Made by a program: the position numbers and the translations under genes. Under the pieces are notes generated by a model. It was not told where the DNA came from. It made no database searches and worked only from the letters and a program-made list of their open reading frames with translations. From the IMG/VR virus record IMGVR_UViG_3300044568_002739, positions 1 through 37,912 of that record: a stretch of DNA of 37,912 bases; one strand, 5' to 3'. This document shows positions 28,518-37,014 of this stretch, one piece after another (the stretch's first letter is position 1; the number at the start of each line of letters is the position of its first letter). Source of the stretch: a virus. Lineage: Duplodnaviria; Caudoviricetes.

Positions 28518-29231
28518 ATGAAAGATATCAGTCAAATTTGGTTTCTCAAGTCTCCAATAGACGCAGAACATAAATATTATATTCTGCTAGACTTCCTGAA
28601 ATCTATCAACGAGGAGATCAAAAAAAATAATGTCTATTCCCCAACGAAGAAGATATTTTCCATGATTAAAGATCTAGATTATTTCCACAAGAACTGGACC
28701 ATGGACGGATACAAAGAGTTATTTATTTCAGAGGAGGACGATGAGATTCTTTCTTTTTACAGGGAGAACAAAATGACGGACGGGGATGAACTCGAAATTA
28801 GATCCATCATAGTAAATTCTCTCAAAGTTTTATATGAGTATGCAGACCTAGGGATAAATCTCTGGAAAGAGATGGAGGGAAGAATTAAGATGTATAATCT
28901 AGAGGTCCCGGAAAGTTCTCAGGAGAGCGGGATTACTATCTTTAGAAACATGTCGACCGATGAGGTTTTCCCTTACTGGTGGAAGAAGACGGGAATCAAA
29001 ATAGGAGAAGAAGTTAGAAGAGGGGTAGTTCTCAAGGGTATCTCCATCATAAACAGCAAATATTCAATGTCCTATGAGTTTATCCTCCACGAAACTCTAG
29101 TCTCAATGGGCATCCAAGACGGAACAAAGTTCCCCTGTACAATCATAGAAATCTCCGAGGACTTTGATAAAAGCTCGGAGATTTTTAAAATAGCTAAGGA
29201 AAGATTTATTCAGGAAATTGATCCTGACTGA
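28518..29231 (+). CDS. Hypothetical protein, only plus-strand gene (237 aa)
   Basis: Occupies a gap with no minus-strand gene; has its own promoter motif and A-rich leader; TGA stop. Confidence 0.75.
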   Translation: MKDISQIWFLKSPIDAEHKYYILLDFLKSINEEIKKNNVYSPTKKIFSMIKDLDYFHKNWTMDGYKELFISEEDDEILSFYRENKMTDGDELEIRSIIVNSLKVLYEYADLGINLWKEMEGRIKMYNLEVPESSQESGITIFRNMSTDEVFPYWWKKTGIKIGEEVRRGVVLKGISIINSKYSMSYEFILHETLVSMGIQDGTKFPCTIIEISEDFDKSSEIFKIAKERFIQEIDPD

Positions 29232-29233
29232 AT

Positions 29234-29602
29234 TTAAAAGTCTTTTAGTCTAACAACTGAGAATCCCTCAGAATCAAAAGACTCAGACTCACTAGCGTCC
29301 ATATTAAACACACTATTAGGCATCTGTGCGGACGTTAGTCCGTCTGCAGTGGTATAGTCTCTATTTCCTCCTGCCCCATTTCCAGGAATGGTAATTCCTG
29401 CCTGATCTGGACTCCAGATTGAGTTAGCGTATCCTACCCAGTCGTAAGCTGGTTCTCTTTTAATGGTGTGTAGACCAGTCTTATCACCACTCAAAGGGTC
29501 CTGAACATCTGGTGCTAGATATTTGAATGTATCGTCCATTACTCTAGCTCTAAATTGCTTAAAGTCTAGGACTTCTCTTTTTGAAACGTCTTCTAAGTTC
29601 AT
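29234..29602 (-). CDS. Hypothetical small protein (122 aa)
   Basis: Convergent with the plus-strand gene; contains VLDFKQF and a C-terminal VVRLKDF. Confidence 0.7.
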   Translation of the reverse strand: MNLEDVSKREVLDFKQFRARVMDDTFKYLAPDVQDPLSGDKTGLHTIKREPAYDWVGYANSIWSPDQAGITIPGNGAGGNRDYTTADGLTSAQMPNSVFNMDASESESFDSEGFSVVRLKDF

Positions 29603-29614
29603 AGTTTAATTGTT

Positions 29615-30253
29615 TTATTGTCCAACTGTTCCTCTTCCTGGGGTTCCCCCTAGAAGGTTGCTAATTAGATCCATTGGATTTGTATTTGATTTATCTGCTG
29701 CTCTTTGAACTGCAGGATTAGAAGCTAGTTTTTGTGCTTCTTGTGGGGTTACCGTCAGAGGATTCTTTCCCGTAGTATTCGGAAATGCACTCTGAGATCC
29801 AGAAGAAGATCCACCAAGGACCCAAGTCCAGAGACCAACCAAAGTTTCCCTGAAGTCTGCTTGTCTGGTTTGGTTAGAAAGCATCTCTTTAATAGTTCTG
29901 TAGATCCATCCGTTCTTATCCTCAACTTTAAATTTAGTAGCAATCCCATCTATTCCCATATCAGAAATGGTCTCGATAGTTGCATCTGCTAGCTTAGGTG
30001 CCATATCTCTGACGCTTATTTCTCCTGAGATGAACTGCGGATATTCAGAAATATCAACTTGTTCAACAAAGTTAGTTATAATAGTTCCTAGCAAAGATTC
30101 TGGTTTTACACCAAAATATCCATAAAGGTATTCAATTAACTTTCCTTGGGCAACGTCAATTACACCTTCCCCTGCGGAGGATAGTAGAGAACTCAAAGAA
30201 AAATCTTCATTTGTGCTTTGAAAATCTGAGAATTTTTTAATAATTTGAGACAT
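29615..30253 (-). CDS. Putative head-internal protein with capsid-targeting-like leader (212 aa)
   Basis: Begins MSQIIKKFSDFQSTNE-D; lies downstream of GATATATA. Confidence 0.6.
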   Translation of the reverse strand: MSQIIKKFSDFQSTNEDFSLSSLLSSAGEGVIDVAQGKLIEYLYGYFGVKPESLLGTIITNFVEQVDISEYPQFISGEISVRDMAPKLADATIETISDMGIDGIATKFKVEDKNGWIYRTIKEMLSNQTRQADFRETLVGLWTWVLGGSSSGSQSAFPNTTGKNPLTVTPQEAQKLASNPAVQRAADKSNTNPMDLISNLLGGTPGRGTVGQ

Positions 30254-30272
30254 TTAGAATGATTATTTGTTC

Positions 30273-30280
30273 TATATATC
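30273..30280 (-). promoter_or_regulatory. Putative late promoter GATATATA
   Basis: 19 nt before the ATG at 30253. Confidence 0.65.
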
Positions 30281-30295
30281 TCCTGCAGATTTTTT

Positions 30296-31696
30296 TTATC
30301 TTTCACCTAGGAATAGATCTATTGCTTTGTATCTGTATGCTAGCTTGTCTTCTTTGATCCCTGGATTCTTGAGAGCAGCTTTCTTCCTGTTGACGATCTC
30401 ATCAGGAAGGAGAGGGCCAAAAGTGTCTTTTAGAATCTTTTTGTCTTTTCTCCACTCCAGAGGAAGATGGAGGGCAAACGTTACTATCTCTAGATTTAGG
30501 AAAGGGTTTCTAAGTTCTAGAGTGTGTGCCATCGACATCTTATCAAGTCTAGGAAGATGATAAAAACTTAACTCTTCAAAAACATCAGATCCCTGGGAAT
30601 CGTACTCGTGGATTCTCTTATATCCTCCAAATAGCTCATCTGCTCCGTCTCCGGAAAGAACTATCCGATGGTCGCTGTTCTGCTTAATAGCCTTGAATAA
30701 ATGATATTGAGGAACAACAGATCCTAGATCGATTGGGGTTTCGTTCCAATACTGGTAGATCTCTTGATTTAGATTCTCGTCCATTTCGTACTGGAGGAAG
30801 TTGACCTTCTTGTCGAACTTCTCGGCCAGCATATTAACAAATTCAGATTCTCCGTTTTCGATGCTGTACCAGGTGACATCAGAATCAGTTCCTTCTAGAA
30901 TAGCTGCAATAATAGAAGAATCTAGTCCACCTGAAATTAGAAGAGAAATTGGATAATTTTTAGAGATCAACCTGTTCTTGACAGACTCGATCATCTTAGA
31001 CCAGAGCCACTCCATATGGTCTTCATAGGATTTTCCCACCAGATCGGTGATTGGAAAATTCCATAACTTATAGTATTCAGGGAAGGTGGACTTAAAGTCC
31101 GGACTCTGAAGATTGTATGAGTAGATTGTGTTTGGTAGAAACCTCTTAACGTCAGTATAAGGGGTTCTATTGTCTGTATTATATCCCCATTTTTTAACCT
31201 CTGAGATAAAAACTCGATCTATTGGGCTCTGATTATATGCCAAAGACTTTATCTCAGAAGAGATTTCTCCTTTTTCGCTGTAGTAGAGGGATTTTTTACC
31301 AAGAGGATCGGTAAAGCAGATGACTTCCCCTGTATTAGAATCATAGATAACAATGGCCCAAAATCCATCCCAGGTTTGGATATGGGGGACAAACATTGCG
31401 CAGAACATTTCAAAAGATCCTCCCTTGTACATCCTGAACAGGTTGCAGAGGTAATCAGTATCAGAAGAATAGGCAGATCTATCATAGTTGAAGATCTCCC
31501 CGTTAAACATTAGATAAATCCCAGGAGAGATCTCCTTGGGCTGGTTCCAATCGTCTCCGTCTGAAGTCTGAATAGGGAGTCTGTGGTGACACAGGAACAC
31601 GCCGGACTTCTCGACTACTGTTCTTTCTATCCCTCTATGTTTAATTGAATTTAGACTGGCCTCAGAACCGTCAAGCGTTAATAGGATTCCACACAT
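30296..31696 (-). CDS. asnB: Asparagine synthetase B-like glutamine-dependent amidotransferase (466 aa)
   Basis: MCGI (Ntn Cys), HRG, FNGEIFNY, PP-loop SGGLDSS, SGDGADELFGGY, RLDKMSMAHTLELRNPFL, RKK. Confidence 0.92.
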   Translation of the reverse strand: MCGILLTLDGSEASLNSIKHRGIERTVVEKSGVFLCHHRLPIQTSDGDDWNQPKEISPGIYLMFNGEIFNYDRSAYSSDTDYLCNLFRMYKGGSFEMFCAMFVPHIQTWDGFWAIVIYDSNTGEVICFTDPLGKKSLYYSEKGEISSEIKSLAYNQSPIDRVFISEVKKWGYNTDNRTPYTDVKRFLPNTIYSYNLQSPDFKSTFPEYYKLWNFPITDLVGKSYEDHMEWLWSKMIESVKNRLISKNYPISLLISGGLDSSIIAAILEGTDSDVTWYSIENGESEFVNMLAEKFDKKVNFLQYEMDENLNQEIYQYWNETPIDLGSVVPQYHLFKAIKQNSDHRIVLSGDGADELFGGYKRIHEYDSQGSDVFEELSFYHLPRLDKMSMAHTLELRNPFLNLEIVTFALHLPLEWRKDKKILKDTFGPLLPDEIVNRKKAALKNPGIKEDKLAYRYKAIDLFLGER

Positions 31697-31699
31697 ATA

Positions 31700-32251
31700 T
31701 TATAGTTCTGTAATTATAGAAGACTCGTCGAATTTGTTTTCGAACGAATAGATAGAAAAGTCGTCAAAAGAAGGATAGCAATCTAAAATGCGTTTGATGA
31801 ACTTATCATATAGATGCTTTTCATCTGAGGTGTTATCTCGAAAATCCCAGTTGTCTTTGTTTCGGTCCGACTTGTTTGGGTTGTCTCCGTGGATATAATA
31901 GACTTTACAATTCTTAAGTAGACCAGAGGAGATTATCTTGTTCAGTTCGTCTATTGCTTCTTCAAAATCAATTCTCTTGGAGAGAACGCCCCAAACTAGA
32001 ACGGTCAGAAAACCACGGTCTAGAATAATGGGCTGAAGTATTCCATCTCGATTTGCTTGAAGAAGTTGGAGTTCTTTTCCGAGAGCAAATAGATGGGATT
32101 CTCTAGATGTGTCTTCTAGCTTAAGCTCGTTGAACCACTTGACAAACTCAAATTTATAAAGTGGTATGCTGTTGTGTTCAGAAGCTTTCTCAGCAAGATA
32201 AGTCTTGCCAGAGTTTCGAGCACCTTCAAAGATTACTAACATATTAGTCAT
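31700..32251 (-). CDS. P-loop nucleotide monophosphate kinase, thymidylate-kinase-like (183 aa)
   Basis: IFEGARNSGKT Walker A and the IILDRGFLT motif of the TMPK/dNMP kinase family. Confidence 0.8.
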   Translation of the reverse strand: MTNMLVIFEGARNSGKTYLAEKASEHNSIPLYKFEFVKWFNELKLEDTSRESHLFALGKELQLLQANRDGILQPIILDRGFLTVLVWGVLSKRIDFEEAIDELNKIISSGLLKNCKVYYIHGDNPNKSDRNKDNWDFRDNTSDEKHLYDKFIKRILDCYPSFDDFSIYSFENKFDESSIITEL

Positions 32252-32280
32252 TTTATAAATATACGGTCAGAAAGTTCCAC

Positions 32281-32306
32281 AAAAAACCCCCGATGTCCGG
32301 GGGGTT
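32281..32306 (-). terminator. Rho-independent terminator after the 808-aa gene
   Basis: Minus strand AACCCCCCGGACATCGGGGGTTTTTT: a GC stem-loop followed by a U-tract. Confidence 0.8.
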
Positions 32307-32327
32307 CCTTTAGTCTCAAAAAATCTA

Positions 32328-34754
32328 TTATTCTCCTGGAACTACATAAATTCCTTTGGATTCCCCTCTAGAGAGATCATCCGAAGTCTTAGCGTTCATT
32401 CTTGCAACCTGTCGCTCGACTGCTGGAAGGTGAACCTCTTTAGCTCTTCTTAAGTTCTGTTCGAAAACGCTTTTATTTCTTCCCTCTTTGGATTCAGAAT
32501 CCTGCTTGTTTGCTTTTCTAATTCCCTGTTTTTTATCCAAAATTGCAACAAAGTCCTCAGATGGTTCAGAAGAAGATAGAACCTCTTCTGACCCTAATTT
32601 TTTAAGTTCAGAGTCGGTTAATACCTCGTCCATTAGAACTTGAAGTACGGGTACAAATTTGTCCTTCTTTTTATCGTATGTGAAAGTAGTCGAGTTAAAT
32701 GCGATCAGATTGGCAAGTAGACCAAAATCAGATTCAGTTAAATCCTGAACCTTCTCTTCCATCTGGGATCCCCTCATCGCTGCAGCTTTTAGTGCCTCCA
32801 TTCCTTCAGAAGAAATGTAGTTGGATTTATATCCCTTTGTTCCGAAGTGGGGGTATAGTCTATCGTAGGTCTTAGCGTTTTCTTCTTTCTGCTCTCTGTT
32901 GTGGGAGAAAAGGCTCTTAGCAAGAGCGGTCAGTGCATCACCATCAATTCCACCAAAATTAGAATAGTAGCTGGTGTACCAGTCTGCAAAATCTTTTACG
33001 TCTTCCTCGTCTGTGTCACCAACAATTTCTTTCCACTTAGGCCAGTTAGCAGGTCTTTTTGCGTTGGTCATCAGTCTCTTGGCTGCATATAGGCCGTCGA
33101 TCTTACTTCCCTTAAAGTCCACCCAAAAATAAAGAGGAAGGTCCCCTTCTTTAGCTTCTTCTGCGGTCTTAGTCCATGCGATCATAAACTCTGGGCTGTA
33201 CGAAGCTCTAAGCGTTCCATCCTCACGGAGGAAAGTCTCTTCTTCTGCTCCCTTAACGAGTCCTTTGCTTCTTAGTAATTTAGCAAGCTCGTATGCCTGA
33301 TCTGTGTTGTCTGATCTGTCTCCATATCCAAGGGCAGATCTTCCGCCCCTAGATGTTTCTGGATCGGCAAGATCTTTAGCGTGCTTCTCAAGCTCTGCGG
33401 AAAGTTTGTCCGCATCGATGTGAACTGCTGCTTCGCTAACAACACCAAAGAACTGGGAAGCTCTAAGAACCGTGGATTCTGGAGATTTTTCTCCTAGCAC
33501 TCTGTGGCTCTCGTTAACGTATTCCTTCCTTAAAATATCCAAACTGTCTGCAATTGCTTCTTTGTCGGATTTAGAAATTTTATCGGCGTCTAAAATTGTG
33601 TCTAGCAGTGCTCTATCTAGCTCACCGCTGACGTTTTTATTTCCCAAAACTCCCTGCAGGGACTTAACTGCAACTGAGAATGCAGGGGTAAATTTACCAT
33701 CTGCTCCGCCTCTTTTTGCAAGCATATCTTTAATTGGGGAGAAAGAGTTCATCAAGGCCTTCTGGATGTTGGCGATAATTAGGGACCCTTTAAACTTCTT
33801 GTCAGAATCATCATCTCCGATTACAATTGGAAAAACTAAAGATGTGACCTTATTGTCGTGTCCGTCTGCCTTCTCTCTCATTTCTTCTTCAACGTTGGAC
33901 TCTTCAACAGTAGCTCTGATGATAATATCCAGTGCAGCAGAAGCAATGTCTTTAACGTCTGAGAATTTATTAGAAATTTCATCGTCAGAAAGGATCTTCT
34001 TGAAAGGAGCCTCCGTTGCTCTGACGCAATATGTGTAAAATTCTTTGGCTAACTTATCGGTCTGGGCTTCTAGATCCTTTACAGCTTTCTTCTCCTTGTC
34101 GTTGGAGATCTCTTTTCTGTGGTCGATAGAAGATAACTTTTGATCTAATTCGCTAAAGATTCTCTGCCAGTTTCTGCCGTATCCGTCGTCTGAAGTCTTT
34201 CCGGTAGCTTCCGGAATTAGAACCTTTCTAAGTCTATTCTTAAGGGCTTGAGCTCTTCCTCTTAGTCCAAGATGGAAAGATTCGTTGAGTTCTTCATTCT
34301 CCTCCTTCTCTTCTTTGTATGCCTGCTCTAGGGCCTGTGCATATTTTGAAGTTCTAGACTGGAAATACTTGATAACCTTGTCTTCTAGCTTCGGGTCGAT
34401 TTCGATGGCCCTCTTGATTGAATCCGCAAGCTGTTCCATCCCTTCGATGTACATGTCTTTAACATCCGCAAAATTAGAATAGTCTAGATCTGCTTCTTTT
34501 GCATAGTCTTTCATCTTTGCAACTAGAGCCTTAAAGCTAGACGAATTTGCTGTGTCTTTTAGCTTCTCCTTTACTGTAGACATTTTTCTCTGCTTGGCAG
34601 GTGCAAAATCAACAGAAACTCTTTTAAAGATATCAAAGAGAGAAGTCGACATCTTCTGCATCAACTCGTCAACCGATTCGTTCTCGAATATTCTGAGTGT
34701 CTCTAGAGACATTCTTCTTGCGATTGGGTTGGTATTTAAATATTTTGGTGTCAT
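32328..34754 (-). CDS. Large helical putative head-internal/ejection protein with a peptidoglycan-binding-like domain (808 aa)
   Basis: Charged helical protein. IANIQKAL...GGADGKFTPAFSVAVKSLQ..LG..NVSGELD resembles PG_binding_1. Repeated IFE, LNE-S, VNE-S and VSE-A sites. Confidence 0.6.
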   Translation of the reverse strand: MTPKYLNTNPIARRMSLETLRIFENESVDELMQKMSTSLFDIFKRVSVDFAPAKQRKMSTVKEKLKDTANSSSFKALVAKMKDYAKEADLDYSNFADVKDMYIEGMEQLADSIKRAIEIDPKLEDKVIKYFQSRTSKYAQALEQAYKEEKEENEELNESFHLGLRGRAQALKNRLRKVLIPEATGKTSDDGYGRNWQRIFSELDQKLSSIDHRKEISNDKEKKAVKDLEAQTDKLAKEFYTYCVRATEAPFKKILSDDEISNKFSDVKDIASAALDIIIRATVEESNVEEEMREKADGHDNKVTSLVFPIVIGDDDSDKKFKGSLIIANIQKALMNSFSPIKDMLAKRGGADGKFTPAFSVAVKSLQGVLGNKNVSGELDRALLDTILDADKISKSDKEAIADSLDILRKEYVNESHRVLGEKSPESTVLRASQFFGVVSEAAVHIDADKLSAELEKHAKDLADPETSRGGRSALGYGDRSDNTDQAYELAKLLRSKGLVKGAEEETFLREDGTLRASYSPEFMIAWTKTAEEAKEGDLPLYFWVDFKGSKIDGLYAAKRLMTNAKRPANWPKWKEIVGDTDEEDVKDFADWYTSYYSNFGGIDGDALTALAKSLFSHNREQKEENAKTYDRLYPHFGTKGYKSNYISSEGMEALKAAAMRGSQMEEKVQDLTESDFGLLANLIAFNSTTFTYDKKKDKFVPVLQVLMDEVLTDSELKKLGSEEVLSSSEPSEDFVAILDKKQGIRKANKQDSESKEGRNKSVFEQNLRRAKEVHLPAVERQVARMNAKTSDDLSRGESKGIYVVPGE

Positions 34755-34758
34755 ATAA

Positions 34759-35034
34759 TTAGTAGATATTTTCAGATCCCTTCTGCTGAGACTTCTGAGT
34801 TAATTGGGTTGCAAGAGTGTTTAGAAGGGGGGTAAGCTTAGCATAAGCTGCAGCCTGTTTTTTGATACTGTCTATCTCTGCATTAATGTCGTTGGGCTTC
34901 TTTACTTTCTCGTCCTTTGCAAGCTGGATCTCGTCTTGGACCTTAGATATTTCAATCTTGGTCTGTTGAATCTGGGTGTTGATTCCGTCCGCTTCGAAGA
35001 GGAAATCCTCGTATTTAGTTATCATATTAGCCAT
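34759..35034 (-). CDS. Small coiled-coil protein with T4 CTS-like leader (91 aa)
   Basis: MANMITKYEDFLFE-A compared with the T4 internal-protein CTS MKTYQEFIAE. Confidence 0.65.
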   Translation of the reverse strand: MANMITKYEDFLFEADGINTQIQQTKIEISKVQDEIQLAKDEKVKKPNDINAEIDSIKKQAAAYAKLTPLLNTLATQLTQKSQQKGSENIY

Positions 35035-35902
35035 CTATGTGATTAATTTTTTCTCTAATCTTATCTATCCTTTCCCCGATCTCGTAGATCTTAGGGTTAA
35101 ATCTGCCTAGAATTTCGGTCTTTTCTTTGGCAGGGGCTCTATCTAGTTCTTTTCCTTTAGCTCTTCTCAGAGATCTAAGTTCATTTAGACCTAGATTTTT
35201 CTGATCTATCAGTGCACGCTGAAGTGTTTTAAGTCCTTCCGGGGAGTATTTTTTAACTTCGTCCTTGAAATCAGAAAGGTTCATTGCTATGACTTTTCCT
35301 ATTTTAGAAGTATCAACGTCCTTTTCTTTCGGTGCAGTCTCTTCTGAGTCCTTCTCAACTTCTTTAGCAACAGATTCTGCTCCTTTCTCCTTCTGCTTTA
35401 ACCTATCATAGGCTTTTTTATACTGGGAGTATAGGTCATCCTCCAGCTTCTTATCTGGGAGATTTTTTGAAATTTTATATAAGTTCTCAACTATTTCTAG
35501 CTCAGCCTCTGCTTTCTTAAGGTCCCAATACTTGTGTAGTCTCGAATTTCCTTCTACAGTCTTCATTGCTAGATCGTTTAGATCTCTGATCTTCTGGGTC
35601 TTCCTCCTCAGTAGACTAGCAAGATGGGACTGGTGTTCTTTGATCTTCTTTCGGAAGTCTTTCTCCTCTTCTGGAGAAATTTCACCCGACTCGATCTGTC
35701 CCTTTAGACTTCCCGTATCCATCTGGATCTTCTCCCATTCTTTGGCATATTCCTTCTCGGCAAATCCAAGATCAGCTAGAATTCCATCAATCTTTTTAGT
35801 CTTTCCCCCGAAGGTCTTACCCAACCAATTTTGGATGTCGTCTCCAAGAGACTCATCGACGGCGTAGTGGGCTTTATCCCATTCAGTAAATCTTAGGGTC
35901 AT
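35027..35902 (-). CDS. Coiled-coil protein, paralog of 35907..36989 (291 aa)
   Basis: K/E-rich heptads; shares GN.R...YW...KAE.EL with its neighbour. Confidence 0.7.
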   Translation of the reverse strand: MTLRFTEWDKAHYAVDESLGDDIQNWLGKTFGGKTKKIDGILADLGFAEKEYAKEWEKIQMDTGSLKGQIESGEISPEEEKDFRKKIKEHQSHLASLLRRKTQKIRDLNDLAMKTVEGNSRLHKYWDLKKAEAELEIVENLYKISKNLPDKKLEDDLYSQYKKAYDRLKQKEKGAESVAKEVEKDSEETAPKEKDVDTSKIGKVIAMNLSDFKDEVKKYSPEGLKTLQRALIDQKNLGLNELRSLRRAKGKELDRAPAKEKTEILGRFNPKIYEIGERIDKIREKINHIDG

Positions 35903-35906
35903 AGAC

Positions 35907-36989
35907 TTATTTTTCTTTTTTACCGATGGTCTTGTTTACCTTGCTCGTAGTTTCTGCTTTTTTTACAGATGAAGTAGGGATATCAAATCCAACTTTTTTG
36001 TGGGACTTATCCTTCTCTAGATCCATTTTCTCAAGCTCTCTAGCAACTTTATTGATCGATTCGAAATCTCTCTGAGTAGGAAGAATCTTTACCCCCGATG
36101 ATTTTTTATCCAGATTTTCGATGTCCTTCTTGGTTCCTGATAGACTGGAGATCTTTCTTTCTATCTGTTTTTTGTCAAAATTGTTTCTAACAGACTTCAG
36201 TTCTTTCTTGAGATCAATAATCTGGTGCTCGATTTCAGCAATAGCTTCCATTCTTCCCTTTTTATTCTTCAGGGACTGCCTATAGTCAGAAGAAGGTTTA
36301 TCTAGGGTTTTAACCCCTTCAATCTCCTCGGATGCTTCTTTTTTCTTAGACTTCTCAGCCTCGTCCTTTAACTCCTGTTGAGATTTTTGAACCTCTTCTT
36401 TTGCCTTCTTGATTTCTGCCTCTATGGACTTTAACTCCTCAGGAGAAGCAGAAGCTCTTTGTTTTGCAAGAGAATATTCAAACTCAGCAAGAACTAGTTC
36501 GTCCTCAGCTTTACCAGCTTCCCAATATTCCATTCTTCTCTTATTTCCCTTGATAGCATCAGAAAGTGTCTTCAAAGCCTTTTCTATCCTAGCCTTCACC
36601 ATTTTAGTGTAGGTTTGGTATTCATTGGTCTTATTAGAGATAGTTCTTTCTGCTTTAGCAATGTTTGCAGAGGCATCTTTCGTCTTGGAGATTTCCTTCA
36701 AGTTAGTCTTCAAAGAATCAATCTCATCCTCGTAGGCATATCTTTTGGACAGTAGTTCTTTCTCTGCCTTCAAGACCTCAGTTCTAACCTTATCAATCAT
36801 GCTAATATAGGAAAGGGAACCCAGGAAAGTCTTGGAGAGGGTATTTTTAATGGAGTCCAATGCGCTAGACTCGCTAATTCCTTCCTGATCTGCAAAGTAT
36901 TCCGCAAGGGATTCGGCAAGAGCTGGAGTAATTTTTCCGTTCAGTGGATTAGTTTCCTCAAATTCTTGAAAGTTTGGGATTAATGTCAT
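35907..36989 (-). CDS. Coiled-coil protein, paralog of 35027..35902 (360 aa)
   Basis: First gene after the capsid terminator and a GATATATA motif; N-terminus MTLIPNFQEFEE. Confidence 0.7.
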   Translation of the reverse strand: MTLIPNFQEFEETNPLNGKITPALAESLAEYFADQEGISESSALDSIKNTLSKTFLGSLSYISMIDKVRTEVLKAEKELLSKRYAYEDEIDSLKTNLKEISKTKDASANIAKAERTISNKTNEYQTYTKMVKARIEKALKTLSDAIKGNKRRMEYWEAGKAEDELVLAEFEYSLAKQRASASPEELKSIEAEIKKAKEEVQKSQQELKDEAEKSKKKEASEEIEGVKTLDKPSSDYRQSLKNKKGRMEAIAEIEHQIIDLKKELKSVRNNFDKKQIERKISSLSGTKKDIENLDKKSSGVKILPTQRDFESINKVARELEKMDLEKDKSHKKVGFDIPTSSVKKAETTSKVNKTIGKKEK

Positions 36990-37014
36990 ATCTACAATTT
37001 AGTTATTTATGATG

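Noticed and set aside
30296-31696. Lasso-peptide cyclase
   Set aside because: The glutaminase Cys and motifs are intact, and no B protein or precursor peptide is evident nearby.
33472-34038. 188-aa plus-strand ORF and similar antisense ORFs elsewhere
   Set aside because: They are Ser/Leu/Phe-rich mirror translations of K/E-rich genes with no independent signals.
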